This document shows positions 15,854-24,504 of a DNA stretch of 32,000 nt, piece after piece. The stretch is from NCBI GenBank assembly GCA_016700375.1, contig CP065016.1:810001-842000 (forward strand). Reading direction: 5' to 3'. The position numbers were made by a program, and so were the translations under genes. The DNA is from Candidatus Saccharimonadota bacterium. Its GTDB lineage: Bacteria > Patescibacteriota > Saccharimonadia > Saccharimonadales > UBA4665. Position 1 is the first letter of the stretch, and the number at the start of each line of letters is the position of its first letter. A model generated the notes under the pieces. That model did not search any database, was not told the DNA's origin, and saw only the letters and a program-made list of their open reading frames with translations.

Positions 15854-16945
15854 CTAGCTTTTTAGGGGCATGATAATGTGTGTGTAGTCATCGCTGCCCG
15901 GGTCAGACAAAAGAACCGCTTCGACTTTGCCGTTAAACCCTAAATACACCTCTTTGCCTTCCATTGCCTGAAGCGCTTCGAGTAAGTAGCGCGAGTTGAG
16001 GGTAATAGAACCCGTGCCTTTTGTTTTAACAGAGGCAGTCGCGTTGTTTTCACCAAGTTGTGAGGCAACCGCACGAACCCATATACTTTGGCTCGCCTCG
16101 TCCACACTAAGCACAACACTCCCGGCACTCTCACGCGCGAATAAACTCGTTACTTTGACTATATTAATAAGCTCTGCTCGCGACAAGGTTGTTCCCACAG
16201 CAAATGATGTTGGGATTAGTTTTCGGTAATCTGGGTACGTACCCTCTATAAGCCTAGCCACAACCTCAACGTCACCAACCCGAAACAGTGCCTGTTGGTC
16301 ATCGCAAACAACAGTCACATCTTCAGCCTGGTCATTAATAACTCGAAGCACATCCTGAAAGGCAGAGGCGGGAATGAGAAGGTTTACGTCTTGTTTTGTG
16401 TTATTGAGCCGCTTTTCGGCTAACCGGTAACTGTCTGTTGCCGCAAAATACAAAACCCCTTCAATGGAACGAACATATACACCGGTTAGGACCGGCCGAC
16501 TCTCGTCTCCTGAAGCGGCAAATAAAACCTGGTGAAGGGTTTGTTTGAGTAGGGGTGCGGGCACTGTCCATGTGCTACCTTTTTCTATTGCTGGCATTAC
16601 AGGAAACTCTTCTGCACTAACACCATTTATAACTGATTTATATTGCTCGGCTGTTATTTTTAGCCGTTGGTCGTCTTGTTCGAGCTCTATCACACCACTC
16701 GGTAGCCCTGCGACGAGTTCTTGGAAAAGTCGTGCCGGCACCGTAAGACTTCCTTCTTCCTGCACCTGCGCACCGATTGTGCTAGAGATTGCAATATCAA
16801 GGTTTGTTGTTGCAAGCTTCAGCCGATTGTCTTCTATAGAAAGAAGTACATTTGCGAGAATGGGTAGTGTTGAGCGTGTGTTTGCAACGCGAGCAACATA
16901 GTTAAGTGCTTTTGTAAGGTTTTCTTGAGTTACCTTTAGTTTCAT
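15854..16945 (-). CDS. dnaN: DNA polymerase III beta sliding clamp
   Basis: MKLKVTQENLTKALNYVARVANTRSTLPILANVLL is a typical DnaN N-terminus, and the 363-aa length is typical. I chose the ATG at 16945 (GGAAAGG upstream) rather than the 6-codon extension in the ORF track, which would overlap a DnaA-box-like site. Confidence 0.92.
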   Translation of the reverse strand: MKLKVTQENLTKALNYVARVANTRSTLPILANVLLSIEDNRLKLATTNLDIAISSTIGAQVQEEGSLTVPARLFQELVAGLPSGVIELEQDDQRLKITAEQYKSVINGVSAEEFPVMPAIEKGSTWTVPAPLLKQTLHQVLFAASGDESRPVLTGVYVRSIEGVLYFAATDSYRLAEKRLNNTKQDVNLLIPASAFQDVLRVINDQAEDVTVVCDDQQALFRVGDVEVVARLIEGTYPDYRKLIPTSFAVGTTLSRAELINIVKVTSLFARESAGSVVLSVDEASQSIWVRAVASQLGENNATASVKTKGTGSITLNSRYLLEALQAMEGKEVYLGFNGKVEAVLLSDPGSDDYTHIIMPLKS

Positions 16946-16953
16946 ATGGCTAC

Positions 16954-17216
16954 CTTTCCACACAACGAACTAATGAAAAAATTATTTTTATACCAAGAAG
17001 TAGTTATTATTAGGGATGTGGAAAATGAGGAAAAACCAAGAATAACAGAGGGAAAATAAACTCTAACCTTGTGGATAGTGCTGCCCAAAACACAAGGTCT
17101 GAACTGAGCATAAAGGCCTGTACTATACCCAGTCGACACTAAACCTACCAACGCCGTGTGTGTAAAACCAAGAAAGCGAAGCATAGTATCCACAAAGCGC
17201 CCACAACCAATCCACA
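16954..17216. promoter_or_regulatory. DnaA-box cluster plus A+T-rich stretch in the dnaA-dnaN spacer (candidate oriC half with DUE)
   Basis: 9-mers near the consensus TTATCCACA: CTTTCCACA 16954-16962, TGTGGAAAA 17017-17025, TGTGGATAG 17070-17078, GTATCCACA 17186-17194, CAATCCACA 17208-17216. An A+T-rich run spans 16971-17013 (taatgaaaaaattatttttataccaagaagtagttattatta). Confidence 0.6.
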
Positions 17217-17230
17217 ACCCACAAACAAAC

Positions 17231-18622
17231 CTAAGCATATAGGCGCTCCTTAATTTCGGCTAAAGCCGTACGAATAGACGGGTCAAAATCAGTTTCTTTC
17301 TCTATTTTTTCTACAGAATGGATTGCTGTTGTATGGTCTTTTCTGCCTAGCTCCAACGCTATCTTTGGGAAGCTCAAATGGAGTTCGCTACGAAGAAGGT
17401 ACATCGCAACTTGCCTAGGAACCACAATGTCTTTATCTCGTTTTGGTCCCATAATATCCTCGAGTGGTATTTGGTAGTATTTGGCGCAGCGCTCAACGAT
17501 TTGCCGGGCGCTCAGATGCTTAGGTCGGCTTTTTGAAGAACCCAGTAAGCCACTCACAATCGCAAGGTTTGGTGAAAGGTCGCGCATTTCACAAAACGCG
17601 AGGACTTGATTGAGTGCGCCCTCTAACTCCCGAATATTTGTCTGAAACTGTGTTGAAAGGTATTCAACGACATCGCTTGGCAAAACAGTGTTTTTTTCCT
17701 CGGCCTTAGACTGGATGATGGCACAGCGGGTTTCGAAGTCGGGGTTTTGCATATCTATACTCATGCCCCATACAAAGCGACTCCGCAGTCGCTCTTCAAG
17801 CGTCGGAATCTCGCGGGGTGGTTTGTCGCTACTAATAATTATCTGCTTATTTGCCTGGTGGAGCGCGTTAAAGGTGTGAAAAAACTCCTCTTGTATTTTT
17901 TCTTTACCTGCTAAAAACTGTACATCATCAACAATCAGAACATCTGCGCTTCTATAGTAGTCAGCAAAGTCGGTATTTTTTTTGAACCGGAGCGCATCTA
18001 CAAACTCTTGCACAAACTGTTCGCTCGACACATACACAACGTGTGAGCCTGGGCGGTTTGCGAGTACGGCGGTTCCGACCGCCTGGATGAGGTGGGTTTT
18101 CCCGATTCCCGCGCCGCCATATAAAAACAAAGGATTATATTTTTTCCCGGGGTCAGCGGCAACCGCTTGGCAGGCCGCATATGCGAGTTCATTACCAGAC
18201 CCGACAATGAAGTTCTCGAACCGATATTTCTCGTTAAGGCCCTGGCGGTAAGTATGCGTGAGGGGGCTTGCGGTTCGGTGTTGCCCATTGCCTGGGCTGG
18301 GAACCATCCGGGCTTTTTCTATTTGTTGAAATACTGCCCGTTCGTCTGTCTCGCGAGACCGGGGTGCACTAGCTTGGATTTTAAATACAATCCCAGATGT
18401 GTGGACGTCATTTTTTTCTAACGAAGCCGATATGACATCGGCATACTTTCGTTCGAGTTGCTGTTTGATAAACACATTCTGCACTCCAATGGTTGCGACT
18501 CCATCAGCAAAATCAATCAGTCGGGTATTTTTAAACCAGGTGACGTAATTTGCTCGCGAAAGAGAAATTTCTATGTCACCCAAAACAGTTTGCCACAGCC
18601 GGTCATAATCGACAGCATTCAT
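17231..18622 (-). CDS. dnaA: Chromosomal replication initiator protein DnaA
   Basis: MNAVDYDRLWQTVLGDIEISL is a typical N-terminus. Walker A is GGAGIGKTHL, followed by LIVDDVQFL. The C-terminal DNA-binding helix contains GRKDHTTAIHS. I chose the ATG at 18622 (GGAG 8 nt upstream) rather than the GTG at 18679. Confidence 0.95.
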   Translation of the reverse strand: MNAVDYDRLWQTVLGDIEISLSRANYVTWFKNTRLIDFADGVATIGVQNVFIKQQLERKYADVISASLEKNDVHTSGIVFKIQASAPRSRETDERAVFQQIEKARMVPSPGNGQHRTASPLTHTYRQGLNEKYRFENFIVGSGNELAYAACQAVAADPGKKYNPLFLYGGAGIGKTHLIQAVGTAVLANRPGSHVVYVSSEQFVQEFVDALRFKKNTDFADYYRSADVLIVDDVQFLAGKEKIQEEFFHTFNALHQANKQIIISSDKPPREIPTLEERLRSRFVWGMSIDMQNPDFETRCAIIQSKAEEKNTVLPSDVVEYLSTQFQTNIRELEGALNQVLAFCEMRDLSPNLAIVSGLLGSSKSRPKHLSARQIVERCAKYYQIPLEDIMGPKRDKDIVVPRQVAMYLLRSELHLSFPKIALELGRKDHTTAIHSVEKIEKETDFDPSIRTALAEIKERLYA

Positions 18623-18671
18623 ACGGTACGCTCCACGTTTCTTAGGTAAACTATACTGAAGGAGACGAAAG

Positions 18672-18794
18672 TTTTCCACAACTTTTTCTACAACTATTTT
18701 GTCAAGCAGAAAAAGAGTCCCAAGGGGTAGTATTTATCCACAGCCCAGGCTAACACCGTAGCTTCTGTGGAAAATGTTGGGAAAAGGGGGATAA
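18672..18794. promoter_or_regulatory. DnaA-box cluster in the dnaA-rpmH divergent spacer (second oriC half / dnaA autoregulatory region)
   Basis: TTTTCCACA 18672-18680; a perfect TTATCCACA at 18734-18742; TGTGGAAAA 18766-18774; a weaker GGGGGATAA at 18786-18794. Confidence 0.6.
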
Positions 18795-18797
18795 CTT

Positions 18798-18806
18798 TGC
18801 TATACT
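18798..18806 (+). promoter_or_regulatory. Extended -10 element TGCTATACT (upstream copy of a tandem pair)
   Basis: The sequence reads actTTGCTATACTATgg. It is identical over 11 nt (TGCTATACTAT) to the copies at 18859 and 4809. Confidence 0.3.
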
Positions 18807-18858
18807 ATGGCAAGAATAGCAAATATATAAGGCTATGGCGCGCTGGGCGACCGGGCCG

Positions 18859-18867
18859 TGCTATACT
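18859..18867 (+). promoter_or_regulatory. Extended -10 element TGCTATACT, likely rpmH promoter
   Basis: The sequence reads ccgTGCTATACTATatg. It lies 31 nt upstream of the rpmH ATG, with an AGGAAGAG SD in between. Confidence 0.45.
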
Positions 18868-18898
18868 ATATGTCAGCTAATAACATTAGGAAGAGACC

Positions 18899-19036
18899 AT
18901 GCCAAAACGAACCTACCAACCAAAAAAACGACACCGCGCCAAAGAGCACGGTTTTATAAAAAGAATGGCCTCGCGAGCGGGCCGCGCAGTGCTAAAGCGC
19001 CGCCGCAACAAGGGCCGCGCACAACTTACTCGATAA
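18899..19036 (+). CDS. rpmH: 50S ribosomal protein L34
   Basis: Hand translation gives [45 protein letters not shown] (45 aa), the near-invariant L34 sequence. It falls below the ORF-track length cutoff. It lies immediately upstream of rnpA. Confidence 0.93.
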   Translation: MPKRTYQPKKRHRAKEHGFIKRMASRAGRAVLKRRRNKGRAQLTR

Positions 19037-19046
19037 CTTACTTCAC

Positions 19047-19430
19047 ATGCTGCGCAAAGAGAATCGTTTTCATGGTTCCAGGGGTGTGCGGCTAACGTAT
19101 CGCGGTAAACAAGTTCGCGGAAGGCTTTTATCGCTGCGCTACAGCAAAAGAAGCGAAGCGGGATACCGGGTTGTTGTGGTGGTTAGTCGCAAGGTCAGCA
19201 AGTCGGCGGTTATACGAAACCGAATTCGTCGGCGCGTGTACGAGCTGGTGCGTTCACAGTTTCAGGGCGCAGTGGAGGGGTACGATTTCGTACTCAGTGT
19301 CTACGACATCTCCCTAGCCACAATGACGCCACCCAAGTTACGCAGTGAGCTTCAGGGGGTGTTGTCAAAAGCACTGCCGGCGCGGTTTACCCGAGAAGAA
19401 CGTGGTATAGTAGAGGGGCAAAAGGAGTAG
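19047..19430 (+). CDS. rnpA: Ribonuclease P protein component
   Basis: 127 aa and basic. The motif SRKVSKSAVIRNRIRRRVYELVR is the RnpA RNR motif. The gene sits in the canonical rpmH-rnpA-yidC order. Confidence 0.85.
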   Translation: MLRKENRFHGSRGVRLTYRGKQVRGRLLSLRYSKRSEAGYRVVVVVSRKVSKSAVIRNRIRRRVYELVRSQFQGAVEGYDFVLSVYDISLATMTPPKLRSELQGVLSKALPARFTREERGIVEGQKE

Positions 19431-19431
19431 T

Positions 19432-20388
19432 ATGTTTACGGATTTTGTTGTCCAGCCCATTTTTAATTTGCTCGTACTTATTTATGCGATTATACCCGGG
19501 CACAATTTTGGTTTAGCAATCATAGTATTTACCGTGGTTATTAGGCTCTTTATGTGGCCGCTCGTAAAGAAGCAGCTAAGGCAGACGAAGATAACTCGCC
19601 AGCTTCAGCCAGAGCTCAAGCGCATCAAAAAAGAGGCGAAGGGTGACCGACAGCGTGAAGCTCAGATGATGATGGAGTTGTACAAAGAGCGCGGTGTTAA
19701 CCCATTTGGTGCATTTCCAACGCTGATTGTCCAAATGATTGTACTCATAGGGCTATACATGGGCCTCATTAAGGTCATAAAAGACCCTAACCAAATTGTG
19801 CAGTTTGCGTATGCGCCGCTGCAAAACCTACCCTGGATGGAGCACTTGGCTGGCAATATTAAGGCCTTCGATAACTCGCTCTTTGGTGTTATTGACCTTT
19901 CCAAGGTTGCTATCAACAGCCAAGGTACGTATGTTCCGGCGCTCGTTCTTGTGCTGCTCAGTGCCGGCATACAGTTCCTTACCAGCCGCCAGCTAATGCC
20001 GACAGACAAAGAGGCGCGAAAGCTCCGACATATTTTGAAAGCTGCAGGCGACGGTCAACAGGCCGACCAGGCAGAAGTAAGCGCCGCTGTCGGGCGAAGC
20101 ATGCAGTACGTTATTCCTTTTATGGTGTTTTTCTTTACCATCAACCTCGCGGCCGCCCTTAGTCTGTACTGGTTCACTGGCGGTGTGGTGGCGTATTTGC
20201 AGCAGAAAAAGGCGCTCGAAGATGATGCCGAGCAGCTTGTTGAGGCGGCCGAGTCTGACAAGCCGCTTAAAACCGAGCGCGGCAGTAAAATATCCTATTC
20301 ATCTACCCCTGAAGCAGAAATAGTTACTACAACCACAAAACAAATACGCACAAAAACCTCCAAAAAGTCTAAGAAGAAACGGAGGTAA
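19432..20388 (+). CDS. yidC: Membrane protein insertase YidC (short, Gram-positive type)
   Basis: GLAIIVFTVVIRLFMWPLVKKQLRQTKITRQLQPELKRIKKE...MMMELYKERGVNPFG is the YidC/Oxa1 core. The C-terminal tail is K-rich. An SD (AAAGGAG) lies upstream. Confidence 0.9.
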   Translation: MFTDFVVQPIFNLLVLIYAIIPGHNFGLAIIVFTVVIRLFMWPLVKKQLRQTKITRQLQPELKRIKKEAKGDRQREAQMMMELYKERGVNPFGAFPTLIVQMIVLIGLYMGLIKVIKDPNQIVQFAYAPLQNLPWMEHLAGNIKAFDNSLFGVIDLSKVAINSQGTYVPALVLVLLSAGIQFLTSRQLMPTDKEARKLRHILKAAGDGQQADQAEVSAAVGRSMQYVIPFMVFFFTINLAAALSLYWFTGGVVAYLQQKKALEDDAEQLVEAAESDKPLKTERGSKISYSSTPEAEIVTTTTKQIRTKTSKKSKKKRR

Positions 20389-20390
20389 CC

Positions 20391-20858
20391 ATGAATAATG
20401 ACGTTGAAGCGGCAATCCAGTACGCCAAGAAGTACCTGGAAGATTTGTTGTCGTTTTACGGCCTAAACACGGACGTGTACGCGACCACAGAGGACAATGA
20501 AGTAATAGAGCTAAACATACCATCTACCCACCTCAATGGCTTCTTGATTGGCCAGCGCGGTGAAACCATGCGCTCTATGCAGTTTTTGGTCAGCAGCGCA
20601 CTCAAGAACCAAAACTATACGTTGTGTCGGGTAAATGTAGACGTTGCCGAGTACAAGAAGCAACGCGCCGACCGCCTCGCCGAGACCGTAGAGGGGTGGG
20701 TAAAGAAAGTGAAAGAAACAGGCGAGTCGTTTGAGGTAAAGCCCATGAACGCCGCCGACCGCCGCACCGTACACAGGGTGGCGTCCGAGGCAGGACTAGC
20801 TAGCGACTCTGTTGGCGAGGGCCGTGACCGTCACATTGTCCTCAAACTCGCCGATTAG
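20391..20858 (+). CDS. jag: Jag/KhpB-type RNA-binding protein (KH plus R3H domains)
   Basis: 155 aa. The R3H motif is MNAADRRTVHRVASEAGLASDSVGEGRDRHIVL. The gene follows yidC as in the canonical yidC-jag pair, with an SD (GGAGGT) upstream. Confidence 0.8.
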   Translation: MNNDVEAAIQYAKKYLEDLLSFYGLNTDVYATTEDNEVIELNIPSTHLNGFLIGQRGETMRSMQFLVSSALKNQNYTLCRVNVDVAEYKKQRADRLAETVEGWVKKVKETGESFEVKPMNAADRRTVHRVASEAGLASDSVGEGRDRHIVLKLAD

Positions 20859-20911
20859 TAAACTACAAACACAAGCAATATAGCAATATTGCATCAAACA
20901 GTACAATAGGA

Positions 20912-20917
20912 TATAAT
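20912..20917 (+). promoter_or_regulatory. -10 hexamer TATAAT 20 nt upstream of the ATG at 20938
   Basis: The sequence reads aggaTATAATcgcaataaagcgagtttcctATG, in the 79-bp spacer after jag. Confidence 0.35.
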
Positions 20918-20937
20918 CGCAATAAAGCGAGTTTCCT

Positions 20938-23910
20938 ATGGGACGAACGAATAAACTCTGGTCAACAACTTTATGTCTCGTCGCGCTAGTAATGGGCGGG
21001 GGAGTGGTGTGGGCTGCATCACCGCGTACAGCGTGGCTTAGCGCGGCCGAGCCAATAATTGAAAAGGTCGCTGAGCTCCCAGAAAATCTAGAACCGCCAA
21101 GTCTAAACCACGACTGCACGCCGACGCAGCTTCCGAACGGGTCAAGCACGATAGATTCCTGTGCATATAAAACGCCCATAGGCACCATTGCTGGTGGTAT
21201 GCTGCTCGATGGGCCAAAGGGCACCTACCCGTACGACCAGTTTTACGGCGGTTTTATTTTGCCCAGTATTCCAAACCGACCCAACACAATCGTGACCTCA
21301 ACCATATCGAACGGAGTTAACGCAATCCGTCTTGGCGCCTATGACCCAGCCCAACTAAAATTTGCCGAATACTACGGGGGTAAAAAAGTGTACGAGTACA
21401 GAGGACAGCCAAGCACAACTATTAAAATACCAGGTGACTCGGGCGCGCTGAGCTTCAATGCATCGGGTGTTGCCTATTCAAGCAACGGTGATTGGTTGGT
21501 GGGGGTTGTGAGGGGCAAAGGTATATTTCGCTACGACCTTACAGCGCTTCAAGGGAAGCTGATTGCGTGGGATGCGGCTTCGTACACGTATGGTTTTGGG
21601 TATAAGAACACGAATAATTTGGCCGTCAGCGATGATGGTCGATTTGTGGCAATAACCTTTTCGGTTCCAAATGGAAGCAGCTCGAGACCATCACTGCGGG
21701 TGTATGATACGCAAGCCTGCCGAGACCAGTACCCAAACTTCCTTGAACCAACGAAACACAACGGCTGTGAGTACAAAGACTACTGGACCGGTGAATACCG
21801 CACGGGGAACACACGGGGCATACGAGACGTGCTGCCAACGGCTGAATATCCGCGCCGGGTTCGCTTTACTGGCATCGATACGCTGACGTTTGACACTATT
21901 TACGACCGCACCGGTCCGAGCGCATACAAAGTTGCGCGCTATAGTCTCCGTGTGCCAACCACCACCAGTCGCGAGTACGTCAGCGTGCTTGGCATGGGCG
22001 ACTCATACATTTCTGGTGAAGGTGCCGCAGGTACCTACTCTGCTGGTACAGATACGAAACAGAACAAATGCCACCTTTCGTGGTTCTCCTACCCGTACCG
22101 TGCGGGCGCCCAAGCCTTCCAATACGGCCACTCCGTCGCCTGCTCCGGCGCAACGATGTTTGACGTATCGATGGCCGCCGGGGACCCAGAAACAGACCCA
22201 GAGAAGAAGGTTACGAGAGAGGACGACTACTTGGGGCAAGTAATCAATAAAAAAAGGTGGGAAGAGCGTAACCAAGTAAACACTATCAAGAGTTTTTCTC
22301 CAGGCTATGCTCAGCAAGTAGTATTTGCTCGCGAATACAAACCTCGCACCATCTTGCTTTCGGTCGGTGGCAACGATGTTGCATTTGCAAAAATACTCGC
22401 CACCTGCGTTGCGGGGGAAGTGGCCGGCACGTGCTACCACTACTACGAAGACCGCGTACAACTCATGGAACAAATACTCGGTCAGTATGAGCGACTTGTG
22501 AAAACCTACAAAAGTGTACTCGCTGAAAGTGGCGGAGCGCGGGTGTATGTAGTGGGCTATCCCCAAATACTGAAAGAGGGCGGCGCTTGTGGAGCAAATG
22601 TTCACTTCAACGCCGCCGAAGTGCAATTTGGAGCGCGCTTAATCACCTACCTCAATAGTGTTATCAAGCGAGCTGCTGCCGAAGCAGGGGTGTACTATGT
22701 CGATACCGAGAGTGCACTAAACGGCTATAGACTCTGTGAGGCTCCAAAAAACAATGCTGGAGTGAACGGCCTGACGACGGGAGATGACAAGGGTGTTAAG
22801 GTGCAGGCGCATGCAGGTGGCAAAACATATTCAAAGACCATAGGCATTGGGAATGAAAGCTACCATCCCACAGCCTTAGGTCATAGGCTGCTCGCGCAAC
22901 GAGTCATCTCGAGCACGACTAACCTAACGGCCCCAATGCCTGCGCCGAAAGCTAACAACAAACCAAGCCTAGACTATACAAGCTCGCTCCTGAAAGATGT
23001 TGAACACGCTCCAGAACAACAGCGCCACAGAGAAGCAATAAAGTGGTCAGACGCAGGCGATATAAGCGTATTGCTCAAAAACAGTCCGTACAAAACGAAC
23101 GCGCCAAAGGGAACGATTAAACAGGGCACCTCAATTAAAGGTGTTCTGCGTTCTAACCCCGTGACACTATTTGAGGGTATCTACGATGAAACAAAAGGTT
23201 TTGTATTCACTATTCCAGATTATATCCCCGTTGGGCTACATACTTTCGATATATATGGCGTGACGCCTAACGGGGACCCTATTGACTTACGTGAAGTGGT
23301 ATATGTGGCGGAAGAGACAGATGACTTTGACGGAGATGGAACACCAAACGAGCAAGAAGCGTGCGTTCTGGTAGGCTCACTCGGGATTGACCAGGACAAC
23401 GATGGTGCGGACGATGCCTGTGATAGCGAGCTGCGAGACATATCCATAAACGATTCAGTGCCCGAGCTTCCCTCGAGAAGTCCAATCGCGTTTGATCCCG
23501 ACGAAAATACCGGTACACCTGGTGGTTCACAAAGTATCGTTGTGCCCTATATCCCACCCGAATACAATGCTAACGAGAACGATTCGTCACAACCAAAGAC
23601 CACAGCTACTCGGCCGACAGGTTCGTCGAATAGCCTTACAAACACGAATAACCCCACTTCGACACAGCCAAACCCAAGCCTACCGCCATATTTCGGCTAT
23701 GTTCTAACGCCCCCCGGCATTGACTTGCAAAACGGTACGGACGTCGCAGCTACGGCAGCTACAAACGTGCTCGGCAAAAAAACGGACATGCCCGAAAAGC
23801 CAAACAGACAAGCAACCAGAGGCGAAAATACCATAACGTTGATTGCTCTGGCTACGACTGCTTTCGTAACACTATTTGTATTGACGGTGTTTCGCAGTAG
23901 ACGCGGCTAG
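20938..23910 (+). CDS. Large surface protein: N-terminal beta-rich domain, SGNH/GDSL hydrolase (lipase/esterase) domain, TSP3-like Ca-binding repeats, S/T/P/N-rich stalk, C-terminal TM anchor
   Basis: 990 aa with an N-terminal signal/anchor (LWSTTLCLVALVMGGGVVWA). SGNH block I is LGMGDSYISGEGA (Ser codon 22003-22005), block III is SVGGNDV, and block V is ESYHPTALGH. Asp-rich repeats are DDFDGDGTPNEQE and DQDNDGADDACD. The C-terminus is ITLIALATTAFVTLFVLTVFRSRRG. Confidence 0.65.
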   Translation: MGRTNKLWSTTLCLVALVMGGGVVWAASPRTAWLSAAEPIIEKVAELPENLEPPSLNHDCTPTQLPNGSSTIDSCAYKTPIGTIAGGMLLDGPKGTYPYDQFYGGFILPSIPNRPNTIVTSTISNGVNAIRLGAYDPAQLKFAEYYGGKKVYEYRGQPSTTIKIPGDSGALSFNASGVAYSSNGDWLVGVVRGKGIFRYDLTALQGKLIAWDAASYTYGFGYKNTNNLAVSDDGRFVAITFSVPNGSSSRPSLRVYDTQACRDQYPNFLEPTKHNGCEYKDYWTGEYRTGNTRGIRDVLPTAEYPRRVRFTGIDTLTFDTIYDRTGPSAYKVARYSLRVPTTTSREYVSVLGMGDSYISGEGAAGTYSAGTDTKQNKCHLSWFSYPYRAGAQAFQYGHSVACSGATMFDVSMAAGDPETDPEKKVTREDDYLGQVINKKRWEERNQVNTIKSFSPGYAQQVVFAREYKPRTILLSVGGNDVAFAKILATCVAGEVAGTCYHYYEDRVQLMEQILGQYERLVKTYKSVLAESGGARVYVVGYPQILKEGGACGANVHFNAAEVQFGARLITYLNSVIKRAAAEAGVYYVDTESALNGYRLCEAPKNNAGVNGLTTGDDKGVKVQAHAGGKTYSKTIGIGNESYHPTALGHRLLAQRVISSTTNLTAPMPAPKANNKPSLDYTSSLLKDVEHAPEQQRHREAIKWSDAGDISVLLKNSPYKTNAPKGTIKQGTSIKGVLRSNPVTLFEGIYDETKGFVFTIPDYIPVGLHTFDIYGVTPNGDPIDLREVVYVAEETDDFDGDGTPNEQEACVLVGSLGIDQDNDGADDACDSELRDISINDSVPELPSRSPIAFDPDENTGTPGGSQSIVVPYIPPEYNANENDSSQPKTTATRPTGSSNSLTNTNNPTSTQPNPSLPPYFGYVLTPPGIDLQNGTDVAATAATNVLGKKTDMPEKPNRQATRGENTITLIALATTAFVTLFVLTVFRSRRG

Positions 23911-23916
23911 CTGTTG

Positions 23917-23922
23917 TACAAT
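23917..23922 (+). promoter_or_regulatory. -10-like hexamer TACAAT 6 nt upstream of the ATG at 23929 (possible leaderless start)
   Basis: The sequence reads ctgttgTACAATagctatATG. No SD is present. The hexamer lies 7 nt downstream of the stop codon (23908-23910) of the 990-aa gene. Confidence 0.35.
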
Positions 23923-23928
23923 AGCTAT

Positions 23929-24504
23929 ATGAAGAATCGAAAACGTAAAACCTCATACGCAAAACAATTCCAAAAATGGCAAAAAAACCTCGGACCTGCA
24001 CGTAGTACTCTTTTGATATTGGTGATTATTATTGGTGCACTTATTGGGGTAAAACAAGTGCAAGTATACAGAGAAAGAACAACATATAAGTCAGCAGAAG
24101 GGCAGATTGAAGCACTAATAGACGATGTATCAAAGTTTGCCCCCACTAGCAAAGAGATGCGCAAATATTGTACCTATAGTTCGGAAAAATTTTCCAAGGG
24201 CAGCCTAGGCTGTGTTGTTATGGGCATAGTCACATTTGTTGGTACGCAAGAACAGCAAAACGCATTAATTTCGAAGATTAATTCCTCCAGAGAACAAATC
24301 CCATGGGAGTTTATGTATGACAATACCAAGAATCTCCTCAATCGCAATGAGCAATCTGGGGTTTTTGTCTATTCGTATAAAACACTGACATGCGGCTTAA
24401 GCTATGGCAATAAGTCCACAGACGGCACAGATACGAACTACGATAAAAACGTACTAGTTGTAAGTTACGATTGCACGGGCTCCGCGCTGAAAGAATACTA
24501 CTAA
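23929..24504 (+). CDS. Hypothetical N-terminally anchored small protein (4 Cys ectodomain)
   Basis: I took the ATG at 23929 (MKNRKRKTSYAKQFQKW...) rather than the TTG at 23914. The single TM is STLLILVIIIGALIGV. I recognise no family. Confidence 0.5.
   Translation: MKNRKRKTSYAKQFQKWQKNLGPARSTLLILVIIIGALIGVKQVQVYRERTTYKSAEGQIEALIDDVSKFAPTSKEMRKYCTYSSEKFSKGSLGCVVMGIVTFVGTQEQQNALISKINSSREQIPWEFMYDNTKNLLNRNEQSGVFVYSYKTLTCGLSYGNKSTDGTDTNYDKNVLVVSYDCTGSALKEYY

Noticed and set aside
18623-18679. N-terminal extensions in the ORF track for dnaA (GTG at 18679), dnaN (16946-16963) and gmd (25553-25687)
   Set aside because: The internal ATGs at 18622, 16945 and 25688 are preceded by GGAG-type SDs and give canonical N-termini. 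The extensions would cover DnaA-box-like or promoter sequence. For gmd, the extension would also overlap the divergent GT4 gene.
18835-19095. 86-aa ORF (MARWATGPCYTICQ...) in the ORF track
   Set aside because: It overlaps the unmistakable L34 gene (18899-19036) in another frame and runs into rnpA. It is a shadow frame and not a gene.
20875-20892. Perfect 7-bp inverted repeat GCAATAT-agca-ATATTGC after jag as an intrinsic terminator
   Set aside because: The stem is A+T-rich and there is no downstream T-tract. It may be a regulatory palindrome near the next promoter, but it is not a convincing terminator.
23780-23910. LPXTG sortase signal at the C-terminus of the 990-aa protein
   Set aside because: The hydrophobic segment plus basic tail is present, but the preceding residues (MPEKPNRQATRGEN) contain no LPXTG or close variant. 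It is called only a C-terminal TM anchor.
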